The position numbers were made by a program, and so were the translations under genes. From Alphaproteobacteria bacterium (GTDB lineage: Bacteria > Pseudomonadota > Alphaproteobacteria > UBA9219 > RFNS01): a stretch of 64,000 nt of DNA. How positions within the stretch are numbered: the stretch's first letter is position 1; the number at the start of each line of letters is the position of its first letter. The stretch spans positions 460,667 through 524,666 of the forward strand of contig JBBCGY010000002.1 in assembly GCA_037200005.1 (NCBI GenBank). Direction: 5' to 3'. Shown piece by piece: positions 27,133 to 35,400 of the stretch. The notes below the pieces were generated by a model. The model did not search any database and had not been told where the DNA came from. It saw nothing but the letters and a program-made list of their open reading frames with translations.

Positions 27133-27606
27133 TTAGGAATGAGAGTGAGGTTTATCTGTTCGTAGGAAGGATAAAACAATTAAACCAATCATAGAACACC
27201 ATATTACAATATTATAACTTTCCGCCGGGATGCCAAATATGTCCCAGGACATATCCCGGCATAGGGATACCATTGCATAGGATGACGCCGGGGCATTGGA
27301 TGTCTCAAGATATTCAAATAGCCCCGATGTTTTGAGAAGCATGGGGATCAAGATAATCGGGTATCCCCATCTTAGAAATAACACCGAGCGTCTATATCGA
27401 TTTGGAACAACAAGGATAATGACACTCGTTGCTAATAGCACCAAATATACAAGACGTTGAATTTTGCACGACCCGCAGCTTGCGCGTATGCCGTAAAAAT
27501 TCTCCGCGATGTAGGCTGCGCTGAGGGCTATACCACTTAAAACAGCAATTATTCCCGCGACGCCTTTTGGAGAAAGCAAATCGTTCGGGGTAATGGCAAT
27601 CCGCAC
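27133..27606 (-). CDS. DsbB-like disulfide bond formation membrane protein (AT-rich gene)
   Basis: Four predicted TM helices. A Cys pair in loop 1 (ASCGSCK) and a second pair ~23 aa apart in loop 2 (CRDMSW...IVIWC), the DsbB-like arrangement. GC content is clearly lower than flanking genes. Confidence 0.4.
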   Translation of the reverse strand: MRIAITPNDLLSPKGVAGIIAVLSGIALSAAYIAENFYGIRASCGSCKIQRLVYLVLLATSVIILVVPNRYRRSVLFLRWGYPIILIPMLLKTSGLFEYLETSNAPASSYAMVSLCRDMSWDIFGIPAESYNIVIWCSMIGLIVLSFLRTDKPHSHS

Positions 27607-27611
27607 GGGCC

Positions 27612-27962
27612 TTATTCCGATATGCTGAACGACTTGCCGCAGCCGCAGCGGGCATCCATGCCGGGAATTTTATCGATAACGAAACCTTCCTTGCCGATCT
27701 GGTCGACGTAATCCACCGTCGCGCCGGAGATAAGACTCAGCGACATCGGATCGATCAGAAGCTCCGCGCCCGCGGGCCCGAAGCGCGCGTCGTCGGTTTG
27801 CGGCTCCCCTTCGGCAAAAGCGATATCGAAGCCGGAGCAGCCGCCGGGATTGATGGCAAGGCGCACCTGCTTGCCGTGGCGCGCCACGAACGCCGCGAGC
27901 TGCTGCGCCGCTGTGCCGGTAACCGTCAAGGAACCGGACTGATGGGAATGCGTTTCGATCAT
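27612..27962 (-). CDS. erpA: iron-sulfur cluster insertion protein, HesB/IscA/ErpA family
   Basis: LAINPGGCSGFDIAF...IDKIPGMDARCGCGKSF with the conserved three cysteines of A-type carriers. Confidence 0.8.
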   Translation of the reverse strand: MIETHSHQSGSLTVTGTAAQQLAAFVARHGKQVRLAINPGGCSGFDIAFAEGEPQTDDARFGPAGAELLIDPMSLSLISGATVDYVDQIGKEGFVIDKIPGMDARCGCGKSFSISE

Positions 27963-27993
27963 GCGCCCATTATAGCGCATATTTTTCTATTTG

Positions 27994-30189
27994 TCAGTCC
28001 GGATGTACGAAGCAAAGGAGATGCTTGGGCGTGTCGCAGGATGCTCTTTCCCATGACCATCGGTTTGAGCTCATCCCGACGGGATCGCCTGTCATGCCAT
28101 AATAGTCGCTATCGTCGGATGTCCAGGGGGCGCTCACCCCCCAGATGCCGCATCCATTGACTTCGCCGTTGCCATTGCCCATATCCAGATTACCCCAGAA
28201 CATGTCGCCGCCGTATTGAGAGTCGCCATTCCGTCCCGTCCAATATTGCGCGGGCAGGCCGAAATGATCTCCCGTCGTCCAGCTCAGATTATCCAATGGC
28301 GCATCGCCATCTCCGTTCGCGCTGAAGGTCGCGCCGCCCGCCGTCGCCGAGCCGGAACGCGCGAACGTATAAGTGGTATCGGGAACCGGCCACGAGCAGT
28401 CGCCGTCGCATAGAAATGCTTCGACGTGGGAACTGTCGAGCAATCCGCGGCCGTTGGCATCGGATTTGTTCAACCAGGTGTTGGCGGTCAGGTCGGCAAG
28501 GCATTTGGCGTCCGCGCCTGCTCGCTCTCCCAGATTTCCGGTCCAGGTGCCGCTGGTCATGACAAAATAGCCGGTGCCGGCCGCCGGAGGAGCCGGATTG
28601 CCGTCCTCCGCTCCCGGATGCACGAGGCAGGCGAGATGCTCGGGCGTGGCGCAGCCGACGCGGCCATATTGCCACCGGGATGGGCCTGCGGTAAGCGCGT
28701 CGCCGATGAAGCCGCCATCCTCGTTGTCGTCGGATATCCAGGGGATAACTCCGGTATGGCCACAGGTATTGACCCACGCGTTGCCGCAGCAACCTTCCTG
28801 AGACCAGTCGGTCCATAGCGTCGGCAAGCCGCCCTCCCAATCAAGGGGATGCCCGCGCGCCGACCAGTATTCCGCCGGATAACCGAAGCGATCCGCCGTC
28901 GACCAGGGGATTTCGTCGCCCGGCCCCTGGCCGAATTCATCGGCAAGGAACGTCGCGCCGCCTGCCGTTGTCGAGCCGGAGCGGGCGAAAGTGTATGCGG
29001 CTTCAGGTTGCGACATCGCGCAATAGTCCCCGTTGCATATGAATGCCCGGACATGATCGGCGTTAAGCAATCCCCGGCTTACGGCGTCGGATTTGTTTAG
29101 CCAGTCATTGCCGGTCAAATCGGCGAGGCATTTCGCATCCGCGCCGTCCGATCCGGCAATACCGTTCAGATTGCCGGTCCATGTGTCGTGGCTCAGGACG
29201 AAGTAGCCGGTGTCGGCGGGCGGCGGCGAAGAATCGCCGTCCGAAAGGGAGGGATGGACGAAACACAGTAAATGTTCCGGCGTGTCGCAAGTGGCGTAGA
29301 ATCGGCCCCACCGGGTTTCCTGTGTATGGTTCGGATCGCCGATCCTGCCGGTGTCGCCAGGGTCGTCGCTCGCGAAAACATAGCCGCAGGTTTGGCTATC
29401 TCCGTTGTTGGCGCCGATATCGACGGAATATTCGAACCATATTTCCGATGAGTACCAGCCTTCCCATGGAAGAGGGTGCTGTCGTCCGGTCCAATATTGC
29501 GCCGCCGAATAGAAATAATTCACGCCGGCCCAGTTTTCATTGTTCTGCGGCCCTTCACCCCACGCATTCGCAGTGAAATTCGCGCCGCCCGCCGTCGTCG
29601 AGCCGGAACGGGCGAAGGTGTAGGGGGTGCTCGCGACGGCCATTGCGCAGCCAAAGCCGTTACATAGGAACGCCCGGACATGATCGGCATTGAGCAGTCC
29701 CCGGCTGACGGCGTCGGACTTGTTCAGCCAATTGTTATCAGTAAGATCGGTAAGGCATACGGCGTCGCCGCCGTCCGAACCATAAATGCTTCCCAGATTT
29801 CCGGTATAACCGTTTTTCGTCATCACGAAATAGCCGCTTCCTGCCGGAGGGGTCGTAGGATCGCCTACGCTGCCCTTGGCGAGGATTTTTTTCCAGACCG
29901 AGCCGTCGCACATCTCGATCGTGGCGTCGGCGTCGTTCCATTGGATGCGCCCCTTATTGTCGGCATCGCAAGTCGTGGGAGCTTCGCCGACCACGACGGT
30001 CTGCGGCGCCCATTTTCGCGTGCCGCCGGTGGTGGTGCATTTGAAAAAGCCGTCGGGGTTGGATTGCGTCTGCCCCGCCACCCTGTCGACGCAGCTCGTC
30101 CATGGTCCTGCCGTCGCGTCGCCCGCGTGGGCTGGAGAAGGAAACATGAGAAACATGATGGCAAGAAATAGAGCGGTCTTTTCGATCAT
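27994..30189 (-). CDS. secreted Cys-rich protein with 4-Cys N-terminal module + 3 x DUF1554/endostatin-like (C-type-lectin-fold) repeats (731 aa)
   Basis: Signal peptide MIEKTALFLAIMFLMFPSPAHA. 80-aa module GDATAGPWTSC...C...C...MCDG. Three ~195-aa repeats each GYFV(M/L)T..TGNLG...GADAKCLADLT..WLNKSDAVSRGLL...VRAFLC...YTFARSG...ATPEHLLCFVHP. The motif arrangement parallels endostatin (GIRGADFQC...FRAFLSS...YIVLCIEN) and the DUF1554 signature. GGGAAG RBS. Confidence 0.6.
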   Translation of the reverse strand: MIEKTALFLAIMFLMFPSPAHAGDATAGPWTSCVDRVAGQTQSNPDGFFKCTTTGGTRKWAPQTVVVGEAPTTCDADNKGRIQWNDADATIEMCDGSVWKKILAKGSVGDPTTPPAGSGYFVMTKNGYTGNLGSIYGSDGGDAVCLTDLTDNNWLNKSDAVSRGLLNADHVRAFLCNGFGCAMAVASTPYTFARSGSTTAGGANFTANAWGEGPQNNENWAGVNYFYSAAQYWTGRQHPLPWEGWYSSEIWFEYSVDIGANNGDSQTCGYVFASDDPGDTGRIGDPNHTQETRWGRFYATCDTPEHLLCFVHPSLSDGDSSPPPADTGYFVLSHDTWTGNLNGIAGSDGADAKCLADLTGNDWLNKSDAVSRGLLNADHVRAFICNGDYCAMSQPEAAYTFARSGSTTAGGATFLADEFGQGPGDEIPWSTADRFGYPAEYWSARGHPLDWEGGLPTLWTDWSQEGCCGNAWVNTCGHTGVIPWISDDNEDGGFIGDALTAGPSRWQYGRVGCATPEHLACLVHPGAEDGNPAPPAAGTGYFVMTSGTWTGNLGERAGADAKCLADLTANTWLNKSDANGRGLLDSSHVEAFLCDGDCSWPVPDTTYTFARSGSATAGGATFSANGDGDAPLDNLSWTTGDHFGLPAQYWTGRNGDSQYGGDMFWGNLDMGNGNGEVNGCGIWGVSAPWTSDDSDYYGMTGDPVGMSSNRWSWERASCDTPKHLLCFVHPD

Positions 30190-30213
30190 ATAAGTCTTCC
30201 CATCTGCGCTACC

Positions 30214-31137
30214 TCATTCATCCGTATGAACGAAGCATACGAGCCGTTTAGTGTTATCACATCCGACCATTTCCCCCCCATCAAGGGAAGTCCACCGAAG
30301 ATGGTTTGTCTGGGCCGTATCGCCATAGATGCCGCTATAAAATTCCTCGTCTGTCCAATTGCTGCAATTGTCAAAGCCGTTGTTCCATTGATGAGAATCC
30401 ACCCAGAATTCCTCGGGGCTGCCATAGTTAAACCGTCCCGACCAATATGTCGCTGTCGAATCGAAATGAGTCGCGTTCGACCAATCGTCGCTGTCGCCCG
30501 GCCCCGATCCCCATCCATCCACTATGAACGTCGCGCCGCCGGCCGTCGCCGAGCCGGAGCGGGCGAAAGTGTATGTGCCGTAAGGCAGCGCCATCGCGCA
30601 CTGATCCGAGCCGCATAAGAAGGCGCGAACATGGTCGGCGTTAAGCAGGCCCCGGCTCACGGCATCGGATTTATTCAGCCAGGTATTGGCGGTCAGATCG
30701 GAAAGGCATTTGTCATCCGCGCCTTCGACATTGCCCAGATCGCCTGTCCATGAAGCGCTGGTCAAGACGAAATAGCCCATGCCTTCGGGCGGCACGGCGG
30801 CGTCGCTGCCGCCGCTGGCGACGATCTTTTTCCAGTCCGAACCGTCGCACATTTTGATGGTGCTTTCCGTCGCGTCCCATCGCAAGCGGCCCTTATTGTT
30901 GGCATCGCAGGTTGTGGGAGTCTCGCCGATAACGATAGTCTGCGGCGCCCATTCTTGCGTGCTGCCGGTCGAGGTGCACATGAAAAATCCGTCTGGGGTG
31001 CTTTGTACATTTCCCAGCGCCCTGTCTTCACAGCTTGTCCACGGCCCCGCCGTCGCATCGCCAGCGTGAACCGCCGGCGCGGCGAGCAATAATGTGGCGA
31101 GAAGCAGAGCGAGGGCAAATTTGTTCATATAGGCCAT
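30214..31137 (-). CDS. secreted paralog: 4-Cys N-terminal module + 1 x DUF1554/endostatin-like domain
   Basis: Signal peptide MNKFALALLLATLLLAAPAVHA. N-module nearly identical to neighbours (GDATAGPWTSCEDRALGNVQSTPDGFFMCTSTGSTQEWAPQ...). One repeat ending ...KRLVCFVHTDE. Start ATG 31137 overlaps the upstream paralog's stop (TAATG); alternative ATG at 31128. Confidence 0.6.
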   Translation of the reverse strand: MAYMNKFALALLLATLLLAAPAVHAGDATAGPWTSCEDRALGNVQSTPDGFFMCTSTGSTQEWAPQTIVIGETPTTCDANNKGRLRWDATESTIKMCDGSDWKKIVASGGSDAAVPPEGMGYFVLTSASWTGDLGNVEGADDKCLSDLTANTWLNKSDAVSRGLLNADHVRAFLCGSDQCAMALPYGTYTFARSGSATAGGATFIVDGWGSGPGDSDDWSNATHFDSTATYWSGRFNYGSPEEFWVDSHQWNNGFDNCSNWTDEEFYSGIYGDTAQTNHLRWTSLDGGEMVGCDNTKRLVCFVHTDE

Positions 31138-32054
31138 TACCCCGGATGGACGAAACAGATGAGATGCTTGAGCGTCGTGCAATTGGCCCCGCCGACGTTC
31201 CAGCGGCTTTCGTTGGTAGCGGTGGAATTCCCCCAGTTGCCGTCGGTGCCGCTGTCCCAATCGACGGTCCAATTCCTGCAATGGCTGAATCCGGCATTCC
31301 AGTTGAACCATTCAAACCATACTTCGCTCGTATAGTATGTTTCAAATGGACCGGGATGTTGTCGCCCGGTCCAGTAGGGCGCGGCCATGCCGAAATAATT
31401 TACGCCTGCCCAGGTTTCGTTGCTTCCCGGCCCCATGCCTTCAATGTTCGCGGTGAATGTCGCGCCGCCCGCCGTCGCCGAGCCGGAGCGGGCAAAAGCG
31501 TAAGTCGCAAGCGGCAATGCCATCGCGCAACCGTCGCCGTCGCACAAGAACGCTTTTATATGATCGACATTGAGCATTTCGCGGCTATCGGCATCGGACT
31601 TGCCCAGCCAATCATTGGCCGTCAGGTCGGCGAGGCATTTCGCGTTCGCGCCGGAAATGCCGCCCATCTCTCCGTTCCATGTGTCATGCGACAGCACGAA
31701 ATAGCCGACGCCCTCCGGTGGAATTGATTGTTGCGCGCCGGCGGGGATGATCCACTTCCACGAACCATTCTGACACATCAAAAGGGTGCTGTATTCGTTG
31801 TTCCAGCCCAGGCGGCCGGTATTGTCCTGATTGCAAGTCGCCGGCGTCTCGCCGATCACGATGGTCTGTGGCGCCCATTTCCGGGTGCCGCCTGTCGTCG
31901 TGCATGCAAAGAATCCGTCGGGGTTGGATTGCGTCTGCCCCGCTGCTTTGTCGGTGCAGCTTGTCCACGGCCCCGCCGTCGCGTCGCCCGCGTGTACCGG
32001 CGCGGTGAAGAGCAGCGTCATGAGAAATAGAGCGGTCTTGAAATAAGGTGTCAT
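31137..32054 (-). CDS. secreted paralog: 4-Cys N-terminal module + 1 x DUF1554/endostatin-like domain
   Basis: Signal peptide MTPYFKTALFLMTLLFTAPVHA. Same N-module. One repeat ending ...LKHLICFVHPG. First gene of the three. Confidence 0.6.
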   Translation of the reverse strand: MTPYFKTALFLMTLLFTAPVHAGDATAGPWTSCTDKAAGQTQSNPDGFFACTTTGGTRKWAPQTIVIGETPATCNQDNTGRLGWNNEYSTLLMCQNGSWKWIIPAGAQQSIPPEGVGYFVLSHDTWNGEMGGISGANAKCLADLTANDWLGKSDADSREMLNVDHIKAFLCDGDGCAMALPLATYAFARSGSATAGGATFTANIEGMGPGSNETWAGVNYFGMAAPYWTGRQHPGPFETYYTSEVWFEWFNWNAGFSHCRNWTVDWDSGTDGNWGNSTATNESRWNVGGANCTTLKHLICFVHPG

Positions 32055-32084
32055 GCCGATCCCATACTGCCGCTTATAATCGGA

Positions 32085-32118
32085 ATAGTTGAATTATAGC
32101 CCATCGGCCATGAAAACG
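32085..32118 (-). promoter_or_regulatory. candidate promoter (TATAAT -10 box) upstream of the three-gene DUF1554-like cluster
   Basis: Minus-strand read ...GGGCTATAATTCAACTATTCCGATTATAAGCGG... about 35-45 nt upstream of ATG 32054. GGGA RBS. Confidence 0.3.
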
Positions 32119-32120
32119 CT

Positions 32121-33902
32121 CTAAAAATAACTCTCCGAAACGGTGCAAACCGTGTCCTTGCCGTCGGTTATGATCATGCGCAGGCCCGTCGTCTGCGGCA
32201 AAATCTGTTCGGCATAGAACAGCGCCGTCGTATTTTTATCATTGAGGAATGCCTGATCTTCCGCCGGAGCGGCGGCCAGCAACTGCGTTGCGTGCGCCGC
32301 CGATTGAGCAAGGCATAGACCGCCCAGCACGATTCCAGCGAGCCGAAGGTAATGAGCCGCGCCCGCCGCGGCGGCGAGCCTGTCATTGACCAGGTAATCG
32401 ACCATGGCCTGCGTCGCGCTTTCGAGATCGGTGCGCGCGAAGGCCAGCTGTTCCCGTATCTTGCGGGTACGGTCAGTGCCCAGACGTCCTAATTCAGATT
32501 CCAGCTTTTTGATCTCGGTGCATATCCTGAACATGGCCATGCCCTGGTCGGAGGCCAGTTTGCGAAACACTAAATCCTGCGCTTGAATGCCGTTGGTTCC
32601 TTCGTAGATGGCAAGAACCCGTGCGTCCCGGTAATGCTGGGCTATGCCCGCTTCCTCGATATAGCCCATGCCGCCGCAGACTTGAATGGCGAGGCTGGTG
32701 ACCTCGTTGCTCATATCCGTCAGCCATGCCTTGAGGATCGGCGTGAATAAATCCAGCTGTATGGCCGCTAATCTATCATCCTCGTTCTTCCGCGTCCGAT
32801 CGGCCATATGGCCGGCCAGAACGAAAAAGGCGCGGCCAGCCTCGATCTGGGAGCGCATGGTCATGAGCATGCGCTTCACGTCGGGATGCGCGATGATCGG
32901 AACCGGAGGGCTGTTCTTTTTCAGGCGCATGTCATGCCCCTGAACGCGGGTTTGAGCATAATTCCGCGCGTCCTGATAGGCGCGCTCGGCCAACGCCAGC
33001 CCCTGGATGCCGACGCCGATGCGGGCGTTATTCATCATGGTGAACATCGCCGCCATGCCGCCATGCTGCTGGCCGATGAGATAGCCAATTGCGCCGCCAT
33101 TGTCGCCATACGCCATGACGCAGGTCGGGCTGGCATGCTGGCCGAGCTTGTGTTCGATGGATACGACGCGCACATCGTTGGCCTTGCCGAGCGTGCCGTC
33201 CGACTTGACCAGCATTTTCGGCACCAGGAACAGCGATAAACCCTTGGTGCCCGGAGGCGCGTCGGGGAGGCGGGCGAGGACGAAGTGCAAAATATTTTCG
33301 GCCATGTCGTGGTCGCCATAGCTGATGAAGATTTTCTGCCCCACGATGCTGAAATAACCGTCTTGCGGCTTCGCGGTCGTGCGAATGGCGGCGACATCGG
33401 ACCCGGCCTGCGGCTCGGTGATGTTCATCGTGCCGGTCCATGCGCCGCTGACCAGTTTCGGCAGATAGCGGTTTTTGACTTCCTGCTGGCCGTGCGTCGC
33501 CAGAAGTTCGATGGCGCCTTGATTCAGCAAGGTGGCGAGCGCCAATGACAGATTCGCCGCCTGAAACATTTCCTGGATGCAGAATGCTACCGACCATGGC
33601 AGTCCCATGCCGCCAATCTCCGCGTCGAACGGCACGGCGTTCCAGCCGCCCTCGGTAAAAGCGCGGTAGGCGGCGGCGAAACCCTCAGGCATGACGGCTT
33701 TGCCGTCCTCCATGCGGGCGCCGGTCTTGTTGCCGCTGTAATTGAGCGGCGCGAAAGTGCCGGCGGCCAACGCTCCCGCGCCGCTCAGAACATCGTCGAT
33801 CAGTTCGGGCGTAACCTCGAAGCCAAGCTGCTGCATGTTGGGGACGCCGATCAGGTTTCTGAGAGCGAATCCCATATCGGCAAGCGGAGGAGCGTAGGTC
33901 AT
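32121..33902 (-). CDS. acyl-CoA dehydrogenase (long-form, 593 aa), paralog of the 10561-12342 gene
   Basis: Same architecture and conserved blocks as the first ACAD (NITEPQAGSDV, IYEGTNGIQAQDL). Confidence 0.85.
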   Translation of the reverse strand: MTYAPPLADMGFALRNLIGVPNMQQLGFEVTPELIDDVLSGAGALAAGTFAPLNYSGNKTGARMEDGKAVMPEGFAAAYRAFTEGGWNAVPFDAEIGGMGLPWSVAFCIQEMFQAANLSLALATLLNQGAIELLATHGQQEVKNRYLPKLVSGAWTGTMNITEPQAGSDVAAIRTTAKPQDGYFSIVGQKIFISYGDHDMAENILHFVLARLPDAPPGTKGLSLFLVPKMLVKSDGTLGKANDVRVVSIEHKLGQHASPTCVMAYGDNGGAIGYLIGQQHGGMAAMFTMMNNARIGVGIQGLALAERAYQDARNYAQTRVQGHDMRLKKNSPPVPIIAHPDVKRMLMTMRSQIEAGRAFFVLAGHMADRTRKNEDDRLAAIQLDLFTPILKAWLTDMSNEVTSLAIQVCGGMGYIEEAGIAQHYRDARVLAIYEGTNGIQAQDLVFRKLASDQGMAMFRICTEIKKLESELGRLGTDRTRKIREQLAFARTDLESATQAMVDYLVNDRLAAAAGAAHYLRLAGIVLGGLCLAQSAAHATQLLAAAPAEDQAFLNDKNTTALFYAEQILPQTTGLRMIITDGKDTVCTVSESYF

Positions 33903-34229
33903 GAGTTTTTATAAACGGCGGTGGGTTAAGAAGTTGCTATTCCGGGGAAGCATTCGATCGGACGATTGTGAAGCGTCCCGGCTGGTTTGTCCATATTTTG
34001 CGATTGCCGACAAACCCGCGTGACATTCGCGTCCGGCATGGTAGATTAGCCGCCGTGACAGGGTCTGAAAACCCTCGAAACCATACGGCGCAATATTCAC
34101 GGTGTGCGCACCCTCGGTCGAGAGGGTGCGGGAATAGAAGACCGCAAGGGAATACCGCGCACGCCGGGTTTTGGCGTTTTCAGCCTCTCGGCATCCGAGC
34201 CGTGTCCTGTCCAACGAAAGGGACGGGGC
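33903..34229. promoter_or_regulatory. long (327 nt) structured divergent intergenic region with an 8-bp inverted repeat GGTTTGTC-N17-GACAAACC and several hairpins
   Basis: GGTTTGTCCATATTTTGCGATTGCCGACAAACC at ~33990-34022. Hairpins GCACCCTC-GGTCGA-GAGGGTGC (~34110-34132) and ACGCC-GGGTTTT-GGCGT+TTTC (~34160-34185). Confidence 0.3.
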
Positions 34230-34595
34230 ATGGATGCAACGGACAGACTGGCGCTTGACCGGCGCATCGGCGAGAGCCTCAAGCGGGCGCGGGTCATGCG
34301 CGGCATGAGCCAGACCCGGCTGGGCAGGTCCATCGGCGTCACTTTTCAGCAGATTCAGAAATACGAGCGCGGCGATAACCGCATCGCGGCCTCGGCGCTG
34401 TTTGCCGCCGCCGCGGCCCTGGATGTCCCCATCGCCTATTTTTTCGACGACGAGGCGGAAAGCGAGGCCGAGGCGGTCTTATGGCCCTCGACGCGAAAAC
34501 ATTTGCTTCTCCTCCGCGCCTTGCAACGCGCCGAGCGCGACCGACCGGCGCTGTACGAAGCTTTATGCGGCGTGATCGCGGGGAAATTTTACTAA
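34230..34595 (+). CDS. XRE-family HTH transcriptional regulator
   Basis: LKRARVMRGMSQTRLGRSIGVTFQQIQKYERGDNRIAASALF is a canonical HTH_XRE. Confidence 0.65.
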   Translation: MDATDRLALDRRIGESLKRARVMRGMSQTRLGRSIGVTFQQIQKYERGDNRIAASALFAAAAALDVPIAYFFDDEAESEAEAVLWPSTRKHLLLLRALQRAERDRPALYEALCGVIAGKFY

Positions 34596-35398
34596 AGCAC
34601 CAACGCCCCGACGCGCGATTTGAAACGCCCGGCAGAAGTCAGGCAAGCAAGAAGGTCGGACGACATATCCGTTTTACAACCCGGCGCTTTGGTGAATAAG
34701 GCGCTGCCCAGCAAGTAGCAATCCTTGCTGAAAAAAGCTTTTCCGGCTTTTTTCATCTCATGAATGCGTTCTTGCACATGATCCTGGCGGCTATAGACGC
34801 CGAACGGCAGCGGCGTGACCCGAAAATCCGAAACCTTATACCCTCGCCGGGATGCATGATCGACGAGCTTCGCGGGATTGGAATAACTCGACATGAGAAG
34901 CAGGACGTTTTCATAGCCGCGCGATAAGAGTCGTTTGCTAACGTCAATACCTTCGCGACCGCCATAGAGGTCGGGCAAAGTCAATTGCTCTCTAGCCATG
35001 GCCGGAAGATACGGCGGGTTTGCTATCAGATATTCGGATTTGGGGATGTCGCGACTCTCAAAGAAGGAGCCGTGATGAGTGATATATTTTTTATTCAAAC
35101 CATATTCCGCGATCAGGCCGTTGGCTGTATCTAGGGCTTCCTTGTTGATTTCATAGCCGTGCACGGTGCCGGAGAAATCGGAATTCAGCAGCGCGGAAAC
35201 AACCGGCGATCCGGTGCCGGAACCGAATTCAACAATAACGGGGCTTGAACAATCCCGCAGCCTGTTAAAAACCATTTGTTCGACGGAACTCGAATACCAG
35301 GAGGATTCTTCCGGGCAGATGAATTTCTTGCGGAAATCCGCTTTATCCTTCGCGGAGACGATAACATCTTTCGTTATTTTTCTCTCAGCCGCAGCCAT
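34592..35398 (-). CDS. class I SAM-dependent methyltransferase, HemK/PrmC-like (NPPY family)
   Basis: Motif I VIVEFGSGTGSPV. Motif IV LIANPPYLP followed by ...LPDLYGGREGIDV, as in PrmC (NPPY...EP.AL.GG.DGL). Stop overlaps the convergent XRE gene by 4 nt. Confidence 0.55.
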   Translation of the reverse strand: MAAAERKITKDVIVSAKDKADFRKKFICPEESSWYSSSVEQMVFNRLRDCSSPVIVEFGSGTGSPVVSALLNSDFSGTVHGYEINKEALDTANGLIAEYGLNKKYITHHGSFFESRDIPKSEYLIANPPYLPAMAREQLTLPDLYGGREGIDVSKRLLSRGYENVLLLMSSYSNPAKLVDHASRRGYKVSDFRVTPLPFGVYSRQDHVQERIHEMKKAGKAFFSKDCYLLGSALFTKAPGCKTDMSSDLLACLTSAGRFKSRVGALVL

Positions 35399-35400
35399 GA

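Noticed and set aside
27994-32054. Possibility that the three paralogous secreted-protein genes are an assembly duplication artefact
   Set aside because: The copies differ substantially in sequence and in domain number (3 vs 1 vs 1). Junctions carry distinct coupling signals (TAATG overlap vs 24-nt RBS gap).
33903-34229. Assigning the structured intergenic region to a known riboswitch or ROSE thermometer class
   Set aside because: I could not match the conserved cores of cobalamin, SAM-II, glycine, fluoride, ZTP, c-di-GMP or ROSE elements by eye. Left as an unclassified structured region.
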